Shown here piece after piece: positions 40,345-55,471 of a DNA stretch of 64,000 bases; position 1 is the first letter of the stretch, and every line of letters starts with the position of its first letter. A model generated the notes under the pieces. The model saw nothing but the letters and a program-made list of their open reading frames with translations. It was not told the origin of the DNA and made no database searches. Position numbers and translations under genes: made by a program. The DNA comes from Fimicolochytrium jonesii (Eukaryota): contig NW_026515680.1 of the NCBI RefSeq assembly GCF_025526975.1, positions 558,001 through 622,000 of the forward strand, given 5' to 3'.

Positions 40345-41049
40345 AACAGAGTTTTCATTCCTCAGATAGTGAGACCTGCAGTCGCCAGTGCTCAGGGCTT
40401 GTGGGCGTTTTTTCAAATGGTATGAGGAGCCCTCTTACCAGCCGAGGTGTACAAAAGGAATGCGAAATATCAGTGTCTGAATGATGGGGTCCGGATTTGG
40501 CTTCTCCCCAAAATCTTGTAGTTCAAAGAATTATCTCTCGCAGGGCAAACAAATATTCTGATTTGCCCACCTACTAGTGCCTGCTCTCCACAAAATACCG
40601 CGATAGCCAACTCCGCCCCCAACCACTACCCTCAACGTAAACAACCCATTCGCCGACACTTTTCCAACATCAATCAAGCACAACTATTCTTCATAACAAG
40701 ACGGTTTCTGCGTTTGACAACGTTCGGAATGGATATGCGGAGAGAAGGTATGTTACCACTTTGCATTGTTATCTGGTCAGAACGTGCGCATACCAACCGT
40801 CGATTGATTCATGAAAGCCGTACCAAAAACAATCAAAGCACAACTTTCGGAACGAGCAGGTATGTAGAAATTTCGCAACTATTCCTGGTCAAAACGCCCG
40901 CATACCAAATGGTGCTTCAAATGCTACTGTACTTCTTCACCGTTTTGCCGCGCCAGCTAATGTCCATACCTTTCTCCCCCTATGCCACATCAGGAACCAA
41001 ACCGACAAGCATGTGCAAACAGGATTTGCATCTCTCCGCGATTTTCAAG

Positions 41050-41516
41050 CCCGGCTTTGAGGCATATGTCGAGCAATGCCCCGGTCCGTGGCAGATATCG
41101 GACCAGCCCGGCTTCGAGGCATATGTCGAGCTTGTGTCGAGCAATGCCCCGGTCCGTGGCAGACATCGGAGCAGCGGGGCGTTGTAGTAGTGCGCTTCGA
41201 ACTGCGCTTCTGCCGGCCACCACCACATTTACTCGAGGCATATGTCGAGCATGCCCCGGTCCGTGGCAGATATCGGACCAGCCCGGCGTCGAGGCATATG
41301 TTGAGCGTGTTCCGTTGCAGTTGAGAGTTCCCCGCTCTACCGGAAATCAGCGTTTAGCCGTGCGTCGATATATCGAGCAGCCCTGCATCGAGGCATATGT
41401 CGAGCAGCCCTTTCTAGAGGCATATGTCTAGTAGCAGCCGTGCATCGAGGCATATGTCGAGCAGCCGTGCGTCGAGGCATATGTCGAGCAGCCGTCCTTC
41501 GAGGCATATGTCGAAG
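41050..41516. repeat. Degenerate tandem repeat, core TCGAGGCATATGTCGAGCA (27-bp and longer units)
   Basis: About nine copies of GAGGCATATGT; the longer unit includes ATGCCCCGGTCCGTGGCAGA. Confidence 0.9.
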
Positions 41517-42602
41517 ACGCTGATGGTAGCGCGGGGTGGAACTGTCAAGAAATATGAATTGAGGTAGGCGTTGAGTGTTATGTGGGCAGATCGTTGAGGT
41601 GTAACAATCTCAAAGTTCTTCTTTCAGATTCTCTGAATCCACATAGCTTGCTTGGTAATGTAAGAACACCCCGCTCACCTCAGGATCGTATTCAGAGGCT
41701 TTGTTCTGAATGACACAGGTTAATCTGTCGCACATGTAGAAAGCCGAAAATGTAGTTCACAAACGACAAACAAGTGGCACGCACTTTGCGCGACCGTCAA
41801 GGGATTGTCGATAGAAACTACGTCCGAGCGGTACGTGGTGTCCCCCCGTTCGAAGTTCGAGGACAAACAAACTCACAATTTCTTTCCGTCAGGCGTCCAA
41901 CCCCTCAAATGGCATTTGGGACACCTCACCAAAGTACACACTCCAAGCATCTAGCTTGGGCAGAACTCTCCCCGGTACCCCACACGCAAAATCATAGATA
42001 GGTTGAGTGACTTTTTGGGACCCCATTCAGGCCTGGGCTAGGCGGAACTATTATAATAATGTGTGTGCAAAACTTAATCTGGTGGGTGCATGGGGCAGGA
42101 GGTGATGATAGATATTGGCGTAATGTTCCACCATCACCGAGAGCCTTCAGCTGCTGGCAAGGGAGGGGTATTGTTTGCGAGCTCAAGGAGCTAGAGACTT
42201 AAACCAACCCAACCTAGAACGATGGGAACATTGTGATCCCTCTCCCACCCATCTCAGTTCGTTTCCCGTAGGAGCTCGGTATATGTCCTTGCCGTACGGG
42301 ACCCTGCGGCATCATTCCGGGTCCACTGCTGCGAAGAAATCACTTCAGAAGGAAATCAAAACCGGAATGCGATTGAAGGCGGAGGTCGCAGCCGTGCTCA
42401 TCTCAGCGCTCACTTTTCTCGCCAACTTCGTTGCATCTCATCCCAGCGCCACGTAGGACTTCCTGGCCAATCGTAATAGATACACTTACACGTATCACAG
42501 GCAATCCAGCTGTCTGGAGACGCTGGCAAAGCCCTCGACACACTTACAAATAGAAGCAGATTTCTGGACGATCTTCAACCTCAGAGCCTTCGGTGAAGTA
42601 GG

Positions 42603-45600
42603 ATGTCGCAACTAATTTCGAAGAGAACCGCCTTCCGCGGAATCTACGCCCTTGAGTTTTTGGCTACTCGAAGAGCAGCGTCTGCCGCTCCAGCGTTCTG
42701 TCACTGCCACCGCCCTCTTACGAGATCGATTCACATAACACCCATTGCGAAGGATGATCAGGTACGGACGTTTCTTGTCCGCTGTAGACCGTTCGTTCAA
42801 CTTTGAGACTGACCGTCCTTGCGTTATAGCCGATAGTTGGAAGCCCGCCGGTCCCGTTGGAGCCCGTCTCAGCATTTCCCAACAGTCCACCACCGGCACC
42901 TATCAAAGGAACTTTATGGTTTGACAACGTCTTCCCGCGACGTAAGTACCATGAGCGCCTCTGAGCACAAAACCTACAATGCAGCTCACTCCTTCGCATA
43001 GATTACGTCAAGTATGACATCCGCTGGCCGTGGCTAGCGAGCTACAGCAAGCGGATCGTTGAAACCGCAAAGGAGCGATTCATCCCGAAGAATCTGCCCG
43101 CTGATTTTGAGTACCTGGGCGCAACCCCGAATATGAAGGAGGGAGGGCTTTTTGTCCATTTCAAATACAACGGCGAGTCTGCACAGGAGGTCGTTGACCG
43201 GGTCAATAAGTACATGGAAGAGCAGCATCTGAGGTCCTGGGTCAATCTCAACAAAATCCGAGCCTACTACGTGAAGGGCGAGCCGTGGGTAGACGATATG
43301 GTTGGCCGGCTTCCTTCGAGACAGCTTCGTGTCGAGTTCGCTGGGCCAGATGTTTCTGTGGAGAAGCTCTACCGAGACTTCCGACCGTATGGGAGAATCA
43401 ACAACATCACCCTCCTACCACCGAATGTGAAGGATCTTCCGCGATACGCTGTCGTCGAGTTCATTCGCGTGCGGTCGGCTACGAGCGCAAGGAACTGTTT
43501 GAACGGCGAGCTCATTGATGGGACTCGCATCAGCATCAACTACGAGGGCCAGAAGCAGACATTTGCCAAAGTATGGAACTGGATGACTTCCCATCCTCGC
43601 ATCGTCATACCACTTCTGCTCGCTATGTTCGCAGGGCTATCTTACGCCGTCTTTGACCCAATTCGCGTGTTCTTTATCGAGAACCAGTTGACCGGAAGGT
43701 TCAGTCTGAAGGCATACAAGGGCGCCGCTGAGGAATGGTGGTACTCCACAGCGTCTAGTGTCTTCGGACGCAAGTTGCACGATTCTACAGTGGCACAGGA
43801 AACGTGGACTGAGCGACAGGAAGATTTTGCACGGTTGCAGCACCACTTGAAGCAGACACCAGACACGCTGGTGCTGGTTAGTGGACCAAAGGGCTCTGGG
43901 AAGAGCGCTCTCGTTAAGAAGGTGCTTGAGCATGCGAAGTATAAGATCGTCATTCACTGCGATGAGCTTGCAGGGCAGCCCAATCATATCATGCTCAAGC
44001 GGCTGGCGAGCCAAATCAACTTCAAGCCAATGTTCAATGGGTAAGGCCTTCATCGCTTTGGGTTGTGTGTTTGCGTTGTTACATCGACCTGACCGCGTTT
44101 GTCTGCAGACTTGTACAGATGTCCTCGCTTCTCGACGCGATGATCACTGGTAAGGCCACAAGACCACAGCAAGTTCGTGATCGCCGACTTGAACGCTAAG
44201 ACGCATTTTCTTTCACAGCTACGACAGGAGCGAAAGCAGGTCTGTCCACCACCGACGAGGGCCAAATAAAGCAAATGTTCGAACTGCTCTCCGCTGCTGT
44301 GGCGCGCGTGGCGGAGGAGCAGAGAGAGACCAGGAAGAAGGCTTTGTTGAAACAAGCTCGACATGCTGAGAAAGGCACAGGGCCCGATGCCGTCGCGGCG
44401 GATGCGAAGACGGACAAGATTTTGGAGGATATTGAGTACCCCGTTGTGGTGGTGGAAGGTTTTTTGGCCAGCGAGGTCTCTAAGAGCTCGGTGATCTATG
44501 ACATGATTCTGGAGGTATGTCATGCGGCGATCTGGAAAGTCTCTCTCCTCGTTTGCTCAACCACATCTTCTCAAATCATAGTGGGGTGCTTCCGCCGCTG
44601 AGAACCATTTAGTATGTGTGCGACGAGGGACGACAAGAGGTGTGAATTCATCTCCTGGAAGCCACCACTAACACTCACACGCTTAGGCCCACGTTGTCTA
44701 CATATCGGACAACCCCATTGCCCTGAAGACCATCAGCAAAGGTAAGTCCTTTTGTTCTGCTGTCTGACATTTGACGCCCATCCATTCATCCGGCGTTCAC
44801 GATAGCTCTCCCGAATAAAACCATCGAGCTGTATGCCCTCTCGGACGCAACCCCGGAAAACGCTCTCGCACTTGTAAAGAAACGCCTTGAGGAACCCGTG
44901 GATGACAACCAGCTGCGCGAGTTCGTTAATGGGCTTGGCGGTCGTTTGACGGATTTGGAGATGCTGATTCAGAAGATTCGTGCGGGGATGACTATCGATG
45001 GTATGCGAAAGGCCTTTAGTGGTTAAACCTGACGATTTGGTTTCACTCAATCTCGATATTCCTCAGATGCATACAAAGAGATCGTCTTCCGCGCCGTCAA
45101 CGAAGTCCGCAAGGTCGGCCTTGGCGAAGACGCCACCACAACCGACACGTCCCACAAGATCCGTTGGTCACCCGTCCAGTTCTGGAAAGTCGTACAAATC
45201 CTCAGCAAAGCCGAAGAAGTCTCCTACGACGGCCTCCGCTTCAACGCACACTTCAAAGGCGACGAAGGGCCCATCCAGGCCATGGAACGCGCCGGCTTGA
45301 TCGGCATTACCTATGATAACGGTCGGCCTTACGGCATTCGCGCCAGTCGACCCGTGTTCCGCACCGCGTTCCAGCATATGCTTATGGACCAGCGTCTGTC
45401 AGCTACCATGGGCATCCTGACGACAAAGCAGCAGATGGCGGACGAGGAAGCCAATATTAAGGGCATCACGGCGGAGATGAACACGTTAGATGCGCTGTCG
45501 AATAACGGTACTGTGAAGCGGCCTGTGAAGGAACGGTTGGATGATTTGAGGAAAGGGTTTGAGGGGAGTTTGGACAGGCTGCGGAGGCTGGGAGCGGAGC

Positions 45601-45638
45601 AAGGAGAGTACAAGAAAGTTATCAGTTTGCCGGAGTGA
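42603..45638 (+). CDS. YME2: Mitochondrial escape protein 2 (RNA12/YME2), multi-exon
   Basis: Presequence-like N-terminus, LWFDNVFP, KEGG, VKGEPW.DD, RRM (LYRDFRPYGRI), TM segment SHPRIVIPLL...FDPIRVFFIE, P-loop GPKGSGKS, GGRLTDLE. Confidence 0.9.
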
Positions 45639-45920
45639 GACCGACGTGCTGCCGGAGGACCCCTATTTGCTTTGAGCGGAAGCCTGTTGCTGCCGGGATC
45701 CACATGGTTGTGGTACCCGATCAATTTCAAGCAATCTCATTAACATGGTGATTCCTCACCTTAGCAAGTTCAAATTTTGGTGTTTCGTGTTCACAAATTT
45801 TATCTCATAATGATAGCTAGTTCCTTCTAGTGCTATGTTCGACGTATCCAGAATCGAATCACTCCTTACACGGTCCACGACCTTAAATGCAGCGCAAAAG
45901 ATCTCATTTATATACAGCTA

Positions 45921-48900
45921 CTACGAAGAAAATCTACATCTTGAAATACAACGAAACCTCAGGACGCATTTGGAGAAATATGTACACAACTGCACAAAAG
46001 CAATAGAGATGTCAGGGTATATCGGAAGGGTGACAGGGGACTGAGAAAACTTATGTACAAGGGAGGAGTCCCAACGAAGTAAATGATACAGAATAGCCTG
46101 ACCATTCCTAAGACACAAAATGTGAGCAAAGGGCACGGCACTTTTCAAGGCGTTCCTGGGTTGCGTCGACTTCATAGATCCGCCGTTGCTATTTCGTAAA
46201 AGAAGACGGGAGAAGCGGGAGATTAGGTTCGAGCAAAGCACTTCACTTGTAGCTTTGCTGGCATTTACCTCTTCAACACCAAGGAACGTCTCTAAAATCC
46301 CTTCCAAGTTGAGCACCTCCATGTAGAGCTCCAACACCTTGCATCCGAGCATAGCAACCTGACCATCGCCGAGTTCCCGAGCCGATTCGCCCACTACATG
46401 TCGATACGACAAGTACTCTTTGATGAGCACATTCATCGCGTCAACATGTTGCTGCCGATCCACAATGAAGGCTAGGAGGTACGCCGGTTCGTCCTGTTGG
46501 ATCTGAAGCAGTTGTTCAGACAACGTGTGCAGGTCGCTATCGATGGGCGGCGGTGTGTATGCCGAGGGACCGGTGAACAGCTCTTCCACGAGGGCAATGA
46601 TCTCGGCCATCGCATCCGGAGGGGTGGGTCCGGAGCCCTCGGGGTCCTGGAGACAATCGGTGGCAAAGTCAATCCAGTCCTGAACGAGCTGCATGGAAAG
46701 CTCGAATGACGCCGGGAAGATTCGGAACAGTTCCACACCATCTTCTAGAGAGATCGGCTTTTCTAATGTAAGCGCGACTTGGTTTGGAGCTTTTTGCGCC
46801 TCGACATTCTGTGGTGATAGCGAGCTCATCGGCGATGGTGGTCGGAAATCATCATTGGCAGTGAAGGATGCTTCCTGTGGTTGCGCGCGTGAGTCCTGAG
46901 CGGTGATTTGGTCCTTTAGCCCTTCAGGTAGATATGGTACGGTCAATCCCATAAATGCTGCAAAGGAAATGAGTCTCCAGTTTTTGAAACGAGAAAAGTC
47001 GGCTTTTCGGAATGCACTCACATAAGAAAAGATCTGGTTTGAACTCTCGATCCAGACTCCAAGTAACAACACCCTCGGACAACTTCTTGCCCTGGTTGGA
47101 CTCCGGCTCGGGTGTCCCCAACAACTCGGCAAGCAACTCGATGTAAGCGGCGCTCTCCGTCGGTTCAGCGGCTGTGATCGTCACTGTGATCAAAACCGTG
47201 GCGCCTGTTCCGCTCTCCTCCGGTTCCACTTTCTCAAGAAAAACGCGGTTCGTTTCAACCTCCAAGGCATTGGCAAGATCTTCACACAGCCAATGCCCAA
47301 ACTCTGGATCTTGCACTAGCTCCTGGTATTGCCTTTTCAGACGGAAAGTCAAGAAAGGTGTTGCCCCGGCGTGCATGAGAAGTCTTTTGGCAGGGGTAAC
47401 AGTCGTTTGTTTCGGAATGTCCTGTTTGCCTGACGCGGAATCTGGGATCTTGGACTTCGACCTGGCGGATGTCATACCAAATATGTGCTGGGGAAGGTTA
47501 TCGTCCAGCCCAGTAGTCCCACCCAAGATTCCATTGACAAAAATCGACGATAGAGAAACATCTCGTGTGAGCACTGGTCGTTCGGGATGATGGAAGACTT
47601 CGCCCGCTGAGGCTTCAGGGTATTCCTTGCCCTCCTGCTTGGTCATATTTTCCTGTGAGAACGAGTTTTCTAGGTTGCCCACCTCGTCAAGGTTCGAGTC
47701 GTCAGAGGTTGTGACGGTGTGGGAATCGATAGCCAGACTTTTTTGGCCATATTCAGCCTCGTGCTCGTCATCTCGACCAAAGAAAGCATCCAGGTCGTCC
47801 AGCGTATTGAGCAAGTTTCCATCTAAGTCGTCGATCTCCCATCCGGTGAACAAGGTTCCGGTAGAACTTGTTGTCTTGTCCGTACCGAGCGGAGGCGCTT
47901 TCCAGTCCCTCGAAGTACCTCCGACAAGGACGTTGCTTGTGGGACGAAGGCTTGAGAAGTGACTCGCTGTGTCATTTTCAGCGCCTGATCTGCCGACCGT
48001 GGAATGCTGTCTTCCGCTCTCCCGTGCCCCACCGCATGTAGAAGCGACGCCTGTCATATTATAGCGGGCAATTTTTGCGAAGGCAGCAAAATCCTTGACC
48101 CACCATCCGCTATGTTCGCCGGCTTCACCTCTGGGTGTTGACCCTGGTGCCAAAAGCTCCGGACCGTTTCCAGCTTCTCGAGCAATCTTGTAGATACTCT
48201 TTCCGCCGAACACTAGTCTGAGATTTGCTTCCCCTGAAGGTATACTCCCACTCAAGATTTCGTCCAGAACTTCTAGCGCTTCAGAAGCCAGTTCGGTATG
48301 TAAGATGCTCAACAGTGGAGCAATGAAATCTTCGTCCATTTCCGTCATGGCCACCGGAGGCATGCTTCCCGTCCTCGTTAAGATGTCCCTTGAGGGTATA
48401 GCAGACAGAAGCCCTTTGATGATTGAAAGAACAGCTGCTTTCGTTGACAAGCGGGGATTGGAGAGCAGCCCCATCAGAAACTGCCACACCTCGCCTTCCC
48501 TCTGCGGAAAGTATTCTTCCTGGATCAGTGATATCAGTTGCTTAAGGAAATCCTCCCGAGTGCGGATCTTCCTTTTGGCAAATGAGGACAGCAGTCGCGA
48601 GAGTGCGTCGTGCTCACTCAAGTCGGCCAGCGTCTGCGCTGTCCTCATCCATTCTCTCCGCGACCCTTCTGCGTCTTTATCGGCACCGCGAGTTCCCTCA
48701 AAGCATTGTAACCAGCGCGGAAGGTTTGCGAGCATAGCAAAGAGAAGTCTTCCGCCAGCGCTATCCACCAGGGTACTGTTCGTCAAAGAAGCTAATGTGT
48801 TGATCACGCGGAGACAATCATCATCGGTTGACGACGAAGACAGCCCCCTCAAGAGGAGCGGCTGAAGGCCCGTGAATTGGCCCTTCCATTTTGTAGGCAA

Positions 48901-51900
48901 GTTTATAAGGAGGATGTTCCTGCAACTGGGTTCTTCGACACCTAGTTTCGCTAGGATTTTCTCGAGCAGCGCAAGTCCTTCGGCGTATTCCCATTCGTGT
49001 GGCGAATGGAGGCATGCGACCGCTGCCCAGAACAGCTGTGGAAAGAGTATGAGCCGAGACCCGTCCAGGCTGTTGACCATGGAGTTGAGCGTCATCACTA
49101 TCTCTAGAGCAAATCCTTGAATCTCCAAAGTAGGATCTGCGAGTGTGTTTGCCAATCTCTGGAGCAGCTCCCCCAACATGCGCTGACTGAAGGCAGGCAT
49201 CAGCGTTCGGAATATTTGCAGTGAACGGCAGGCCGCGTGCCGCACTGGGCAGGTTGTGCCCCACATGAGAGCGGTCTCGCCCCAACTCTGAGCGATGTTT
49301 GGATCGACGACGAAGAAGAGCTCCAGAACGTCCATTACAAGAGCGCCTAACTGATGCTGAGATTCGATGTCCTGTTCCTTCGGTGTGATGTCTTCAAACG
49401 CCCATAGTCGTTTCCCCTCCTTTAGACTCAGCGCGGCGTGCACAGTGTCGATATGCTTGCCTGCAACGTCTCGTGGAATAGTGGATTGGATGATGTTTAT
49501 AAGGAGCAGTCGATTCTGCTCGCAAATTAGCGTAATGAAATGATCCAGTTGAACGAAAATGACATGTAGAAGAAGCGGAAGATGGGCCCGTAATGCTGAG
49601 CCCAGCTCGACCGCCAAATCGACGAGTAGCACGCATGCGAGTTGACCTTTCGAAAATGCGGGTCTCTTGGGCATATCTACCAAAACTTGTTCCAGGTTGG
49701 CTTCATGATACGTCGCATTCGGCTGAAGTCCCTCCCCGATCATCTCAGGCTTCACACGTCCCCGATTGTCGGGAGCAAGCCCGGACTCCTCCAATCCGGT
49801 TGGGATCATACTCTTGGGGTTGATTCTCCCAATCAAGGCGTCAACCAAATGGGAGCAAACCACGGTTCGAGCGAGGTAGACAATCACCTTCTTGGCATGT
49901 GTTACGAACTTGGGGTTCCGTTTCTGAACCCCGATATCGAGCAGGAAATCGATGATCATATTTGTGTGCTGACTCAAGGTATTGGAGTTGCTCCTATCCT
50001 GAGATGGAGGTGCAAAGCCTTCCAGGCCGCCTTGCTTTCCGGCATTTCCCGTTGGTTCGACTAGCTGCATCCAGATATTCTCCAATTCCGCGACATGCTC
50101 ATCACCGTACTTGACGGTCAGGTAGAAAAGATTCATCAAAACTGTGTGCGATGGGGAGCCAATCCGTACTTTCTGAGATGAGTCCGAGGGATCCGGGCCA
50201 TCAGCGGAGAGCTGCACGTTGCGCACCCAAGGTACCATCAACACGAGGATATCATGCACTCCTTGGGGATACCCTGAATTGACGCCGTTGCCCATTGCGA
50301 CGATTTCCAAGGTGTAAACCATTTCCGAGAGCATCTTCAAGAAACTCGCCTTAGAGCAGAGTACACGGGATTACAAAAGGAAAACTGTCATTACCTCGTG
50401 AGTCATATCTGCCCTTTCATTGGCCAATCTCGCGGATATCATTGCTTGTGCATATTTATATACAATCGGTAGTTGACTTGCAATAGCAGCAGCTTCGTAT
50501 GTCGCGTGTTCTTCGTCGATCAATGCCATAGCCGCCATCATAGCAGCTTCGTCATCAAGGCGTTCGTGCATATCGCCTTGATCTATCTCACGGTCGAGCA
50601 TGTGAGCGTCGAGATCCGCGAGTCGCGATGGAGGTCCGAAGAAATCCTTGGCGAGGGATATTACAGCACTGTATTTGGACTTATCCGTCATTGGATCTTC
50701 CCAGAATCTCGCTTCTATCGCACGTAACAGCCTGATGGCTCCTCTTCGAATATGCAGATTTGGATCACCCGCTTTGTAGAGAGAGAGCGCACACATGCGA
50801 GCCGGAGAGCACGGGTATCCGTCCTCGCGGGTGAAAATGTCTACTAGCGCCATAAAGTATCCCATCGTCACGTTGCTGTCAACATCTCCTACGTAGCATT
50901 GCTTGACCACGTCGATGAGGAGTTGCTCGCTACGGCGATTGTGGGTGAGCAATGCCTCGAGAGCTGCTCTCGCGATGACGTGGAACTTTTCATCCGGTGA
51001 AGCGAAGATGGAGTTGATCCACGTAACCAGGGCTCCAAAATCAAATGATTGAGAGGGATCCCGAGGGTTCACGACCGGTCCTTTGCACAATGCTGCCATA
51101 GCCTTCAAAGATGCGGTTTCCAAGGCTTTCCGTTGCTCTTCCATCGTTGAAGTCAGCGCTCCCCGTTCTCGAATGTCTTTGACTTGATCAAGAACGGACA
51201 ACATCATCTTCGCTTCTCTATCGCGCGTGCGAGCACTGAACTGCCCGTAACCACACCACTTTTCGAACAGCCGGAAGAGGCCTAAACGAAGGTCGAAGGG
51301 AATGTGGCGCTCTAAGCTCTCTTCACCGAGATCCGGCGAACCTGCTTCGTTGCTATCCGAGTCCCCGACCGCGGCGACAAGGTAGTCGTACAAGCGCTCG
51401 ATAAAACCACTGAAGTAGTACCGAAGCATCTGGTGATCCCATTCGTATTGAACTTCATTGTCCGAGAGAAACCTGGCCAGTTCGCGCACATATGTCATCA
51501 TGTTCGCCATGAAGTTGGCGTTCCGCCTATGTTGAACGTATCCAACAAAGTCTGCTAGGAGCGACATGACATGCGTGAGCTCCATTCGTAGGCGTTCAGA
51601 TCGTTTCGCTTGAGCACTGTGAGCGAGAGCTTGGCTGGATCCCGGCTTTCTGGTCGATTCCTTGATATCCCCACGCATAACTGCCGCACGCGTTCGTAAA
51701 TCATCTACTACTGATCGCATCAGAGGCTGAACGTCTTCCAAGAACGTATGATAACTCTGACTGTTGATGGATGAGAGCGCAGAAACGGCAGCTTTACGTA
51801 TCGATGCCTTCTCACTGTGAAGCAATGGGAAGACCATTTGCAGAAGATCATGGGCGGAACTGATTGTGTGCAGCATAAGTTCTCTGGCTGATTTATTCGC

Positions 51901-54900
51901 GGTTGGGTCAGGCCGTGATCGATCGGATTGATGAGCTTTGGTGTGATTGTACGTCGTGGATGAAGCATCGGTGGTCATACTTCCATATATCTCGATGCAT
52001 GCGCAAGCGTAGACCATGTAGACCCGCCACTGATCTACCATTTCGTCAGTCAGCGGAATGACGGAAGCGGAAGCGGTCTTGTGCGTATTAGCGTTGCCAC
52101 GATCATTTCCCCACTTGACGGTACCCGGTATCGTGGTTGTGCCTTTCCCACCAGTTGTATTGGAGGCTTCAGAGGCCGCTATGATGCTCGACTGAAGAGC
52201 AGAAAGCCGTGCGCAAATGTCGCGCAAGCACATTTGCAAGGTTCTAGGGTTGGCGTACTGGAAGCACCACTTGATGAGATCTGGGAAGCACCGAGCCCAT
52301 ATGACCGTGTCTTGCTGACTTTCCGATCCGATAACTTGGATCAATGTAATCCCTTGTGCAGGCCTGCAGGCCTGCTGCTGCGATTTCTGATGTTCACTGC
52401 GTGTCGAGAACGCGAGGACGGGATCGAGAAGGAACCGACGAACCAAGTCCGGCCCGCATTTTTCCAGGATGTCACGGATGCGGGTTTGATGAGATCTCAT
52501 ATCGGGATGGTGCAGTTTGCGGTGGAGCGTGTACCAGCGACGTAAATCGTGACGGGATTGTCGGCGTAAGGTCTCCCGGCGCACTTCATCTTTAGAAAGC
52601 CCAGCAAATGATGCATCTAGCCCATGTGGATCTGTGCCCTTCATCGCACTTTCAAGGTCTACAGCCATCTGAAGGATGACTAGCGCCTGCCGCCGCACGG
52701 CAGGAATCTGGGAACAGAGTAGCAGCAGGCCACGGCTCTCAACTTCCTCAACTACCCAATCCACTTCCATCGCGTCCCATGTCTTCAATGACTTCTTGAT
52801 GTCTTGTAGCCACGTCTCGAGCAAGCTAATGTAATTTGCCGCAAAGGCATGGGTTGCGCCTTGCGTCCCATCGAAGGGGAGGTTGGTAAAGATGTCGAGA
52901 ACCCGGTCGTTAAGCAGCGATGTTCCTGTATCAGCCGCGATGCGAACAATGTCCCTCATGAGAGGATGTTCCTCCCCGAAATGCCAATACTTAGGAGCGG
53001 GGTGTCCTTTTCCTAATGCAATCGAGCTGATTCTTTGCAGTGCGTCGCCAGCCGAGCGCCGCACACCGTCGTCAGAATGAAGTACATAGCGACTGAGCAT
53101 GTCGACTAGTGCCACCGCGCTTATGCCAGACGGAACAATTCTGGGCAAACAATCGATATAGGTGTGCATTAGGTCATACAATAGCTGACGGTCTTTGGAT
53201 ACGACATCCAGTACGCTGCTTCTCCCATCCTTCTCAGTTCCACCGCCTGAGCCGTTACTGTTGGCCGTATCGGAAACACTTCCACGACGCAGGCCAGCAG
53301 CTGCGGACCCGAGAGCGTTCATGGTCGCAAGCATCAGTCCAGTTTCCGTCAGCATAGACCAGCCACACGTATTGTCGAGTGATGACGCAACTTTGCCCAG
53401 AGCATCATTGAATCGTTCTATCGAATCCTTCATACTCGTCCCCATTCGATTCAGCACGCTCTCGGACAGAAGCTCGCGGATGTTGCTTTGCCGCGAGTCG
53501 GAGGTTCCTCTTTCGCGCATTTTCACCAATTCAGCTATACCGACGTATTCGGGATTTGGCGTTGCCTCCCAACGCGGAAACGGTGGACTTGGCAGATTGA
53601 TCTTCCCTTCAACAACAACTTTGCCGCCCCCTAAGCTTCCGTTGACAGCTGAGACGGTTCCTGCGGTGAGGCCAGAGCTATCTTTATGACCTCCTCCAAG
53701 TGCATCCTCCATGTCGGCCAGCAACAAGAGGAATGCCCTGAGCGCGATGATGAGCCTTTCCGGATTTGTCAAGGTTTCGCCAAGGGGTACCGTCGACATT
53801 GAAGACGACGACCCCAGTGTTGATAGAATTGTATTGCCGGACCACTCATCTGAGGATGACACGGTAATCCCATTGACAGAACTTCCGTAGTCTTTCACAC
53901 CGGTCAAGACACTGGAGGTGCTGATCAGGGAAGCCGAAGATCCGGACGTTCCGCCTCCAGAAACGGAGACTGTGGGTGCATGATGTTCAATGCCTAGCAG
54001 GTTGGTAAGCAAGTTGTCGATGCCGTACTCGGGGAAGCGCACGCACACATAATACACATATTGCGTGAGCGATTGCCAGTTCGTATCCGGTGGCAGAACA
54101 CTACGTCGCGACGAGGGGAACAGAACACGTGTGACAAAGTCTATCCGTCGGTGCATGTTGCTCGTCGATGTCTCACTGCAGCGGAATAAATAGACCCAGG
54201 CCAGCCGGACCAGCGAGCATAAGGCAATGACGCGGAGTTGTTTGTCACGGAGGTGCTTCAGACATAGGTCCGTAAAATCCCCCCAATGTTTATGAAAGAA
54301 GTCCTTCCGAGAAACGCTCAGGAGCGTGCTGATCAGTGGAAGAGCAGCGGCTAAGTGTCGTGGTTTCCCAAGCATTTTGTTAGCTTTGGGAAAAATCAAC
54401 TCGACGGTTTTCATCCATGCCGGCAGATTGACCTCAGCGGTTGCGACAGCCGCAATTGGCTCGAGCAGCTGAACAAAGACCTCTGCGTACGCGTGTTTGA
54501 TCCGCGTGGTGTGCGCATTCTGAAAGAGCTCCGCGCTGGTCTGCAAAAAGTCGGCCGTATCTTCCAGTGCATCCATGGGAAATATCTTCAGTTTCAGGAA
54601 ACGCATCGATCGAATGATCAAATCCAGCTTTCCCTCCTTGAGTGCCACGGTCTTTGACAGCTCATTGATAAAGCGGCCACTGACACTAGCGAACCGGATG
54701 CTCGATAATGATCCAACAAGCTCCGCAAAAAGATCGATGTTCGCCTGGCGGTTAACGGACCGAACCGTCATATCTGGATCGGCGTTCCGGAGCTGACCGA
54801 ACACCATGTCCTCCAGTTTCTCTTCGAGATCGTCCGGCAAGGTCTCTCGCGTCAAGCGTTGTATGATGGCGATGAGCACCCGACATAGAATAAAGTTTGA

Positions 54901-55471
54901 CACCAGCGACTTCCGTTCTTTCACAATGTGCTCCAGATCTTTCCCTTTTAGGTTTGGGACGTTGGGCACATTCCGGCTTCCCTCGCTGTTGGCGTTCTCG
55001 CTCTTCGACTTTCGCCAGACCATGATACTGTCGATCATCAGCTTCGGACAGTGTTTCGAAACAGATCCTACAGATTCCAAGAGGGCATCGAATGCAGGGT
55101 CTGCCCCAGCACAGAAAGGATTGAACAGATCCACCTCACGGTCCTGCATCAGATGTAACATCAGCGAATACTCACACGACACGAAACGCATATGCGTTAT
55201 CACGCACCAGAGGTTGAGTGTAAATGAGCGTATTCACTTTCAACTCAGCAGCCCGCACAAAGCGACCGAATACATTTTGCAGGACAATTTGTGCAGGATT
55301 CTTCTTACTTTGGACGTTCCTCGAGTTTGCGGTGCTTACGCTCGGCCTTCGTTTCGGAGCCTGGGATAATGACATCTCGAGTGGCATTGAAGCATCCCCA
55401 ATTCGCCCTTCCGGAACGACGCCCGCTAGTCTCTGCGGTTCATAATCGAGTTCCCCACCTGCGGAGCTCAT
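45921..55471 (-). CDS. TAO3: Cell morphogenesis protein Tao3/Mor2/Furry (RAM network scaffold), multi-exon; 3' end approximate
   Basis: Very large helical protein; MIDSIMVWRK, KERKSLVSNFILCRVLI, LHVIFVQLDH, WGTTCPVRHAACRSLQIFR and FPQLFWAAVACL are typical MOR2-PAG1 motifs. Confidence 0.9.

Noticed and set aside
41050..41516. CRISPR array
   Set aside because: Linkers are themselves repeated, spacing is irregular, there are no cas genes and the host is eukaryotic.
47174..55369. Many + strand ORFs of 60-190 aa
   Set aside because: Antisense shadows of the long TAO3 exons.
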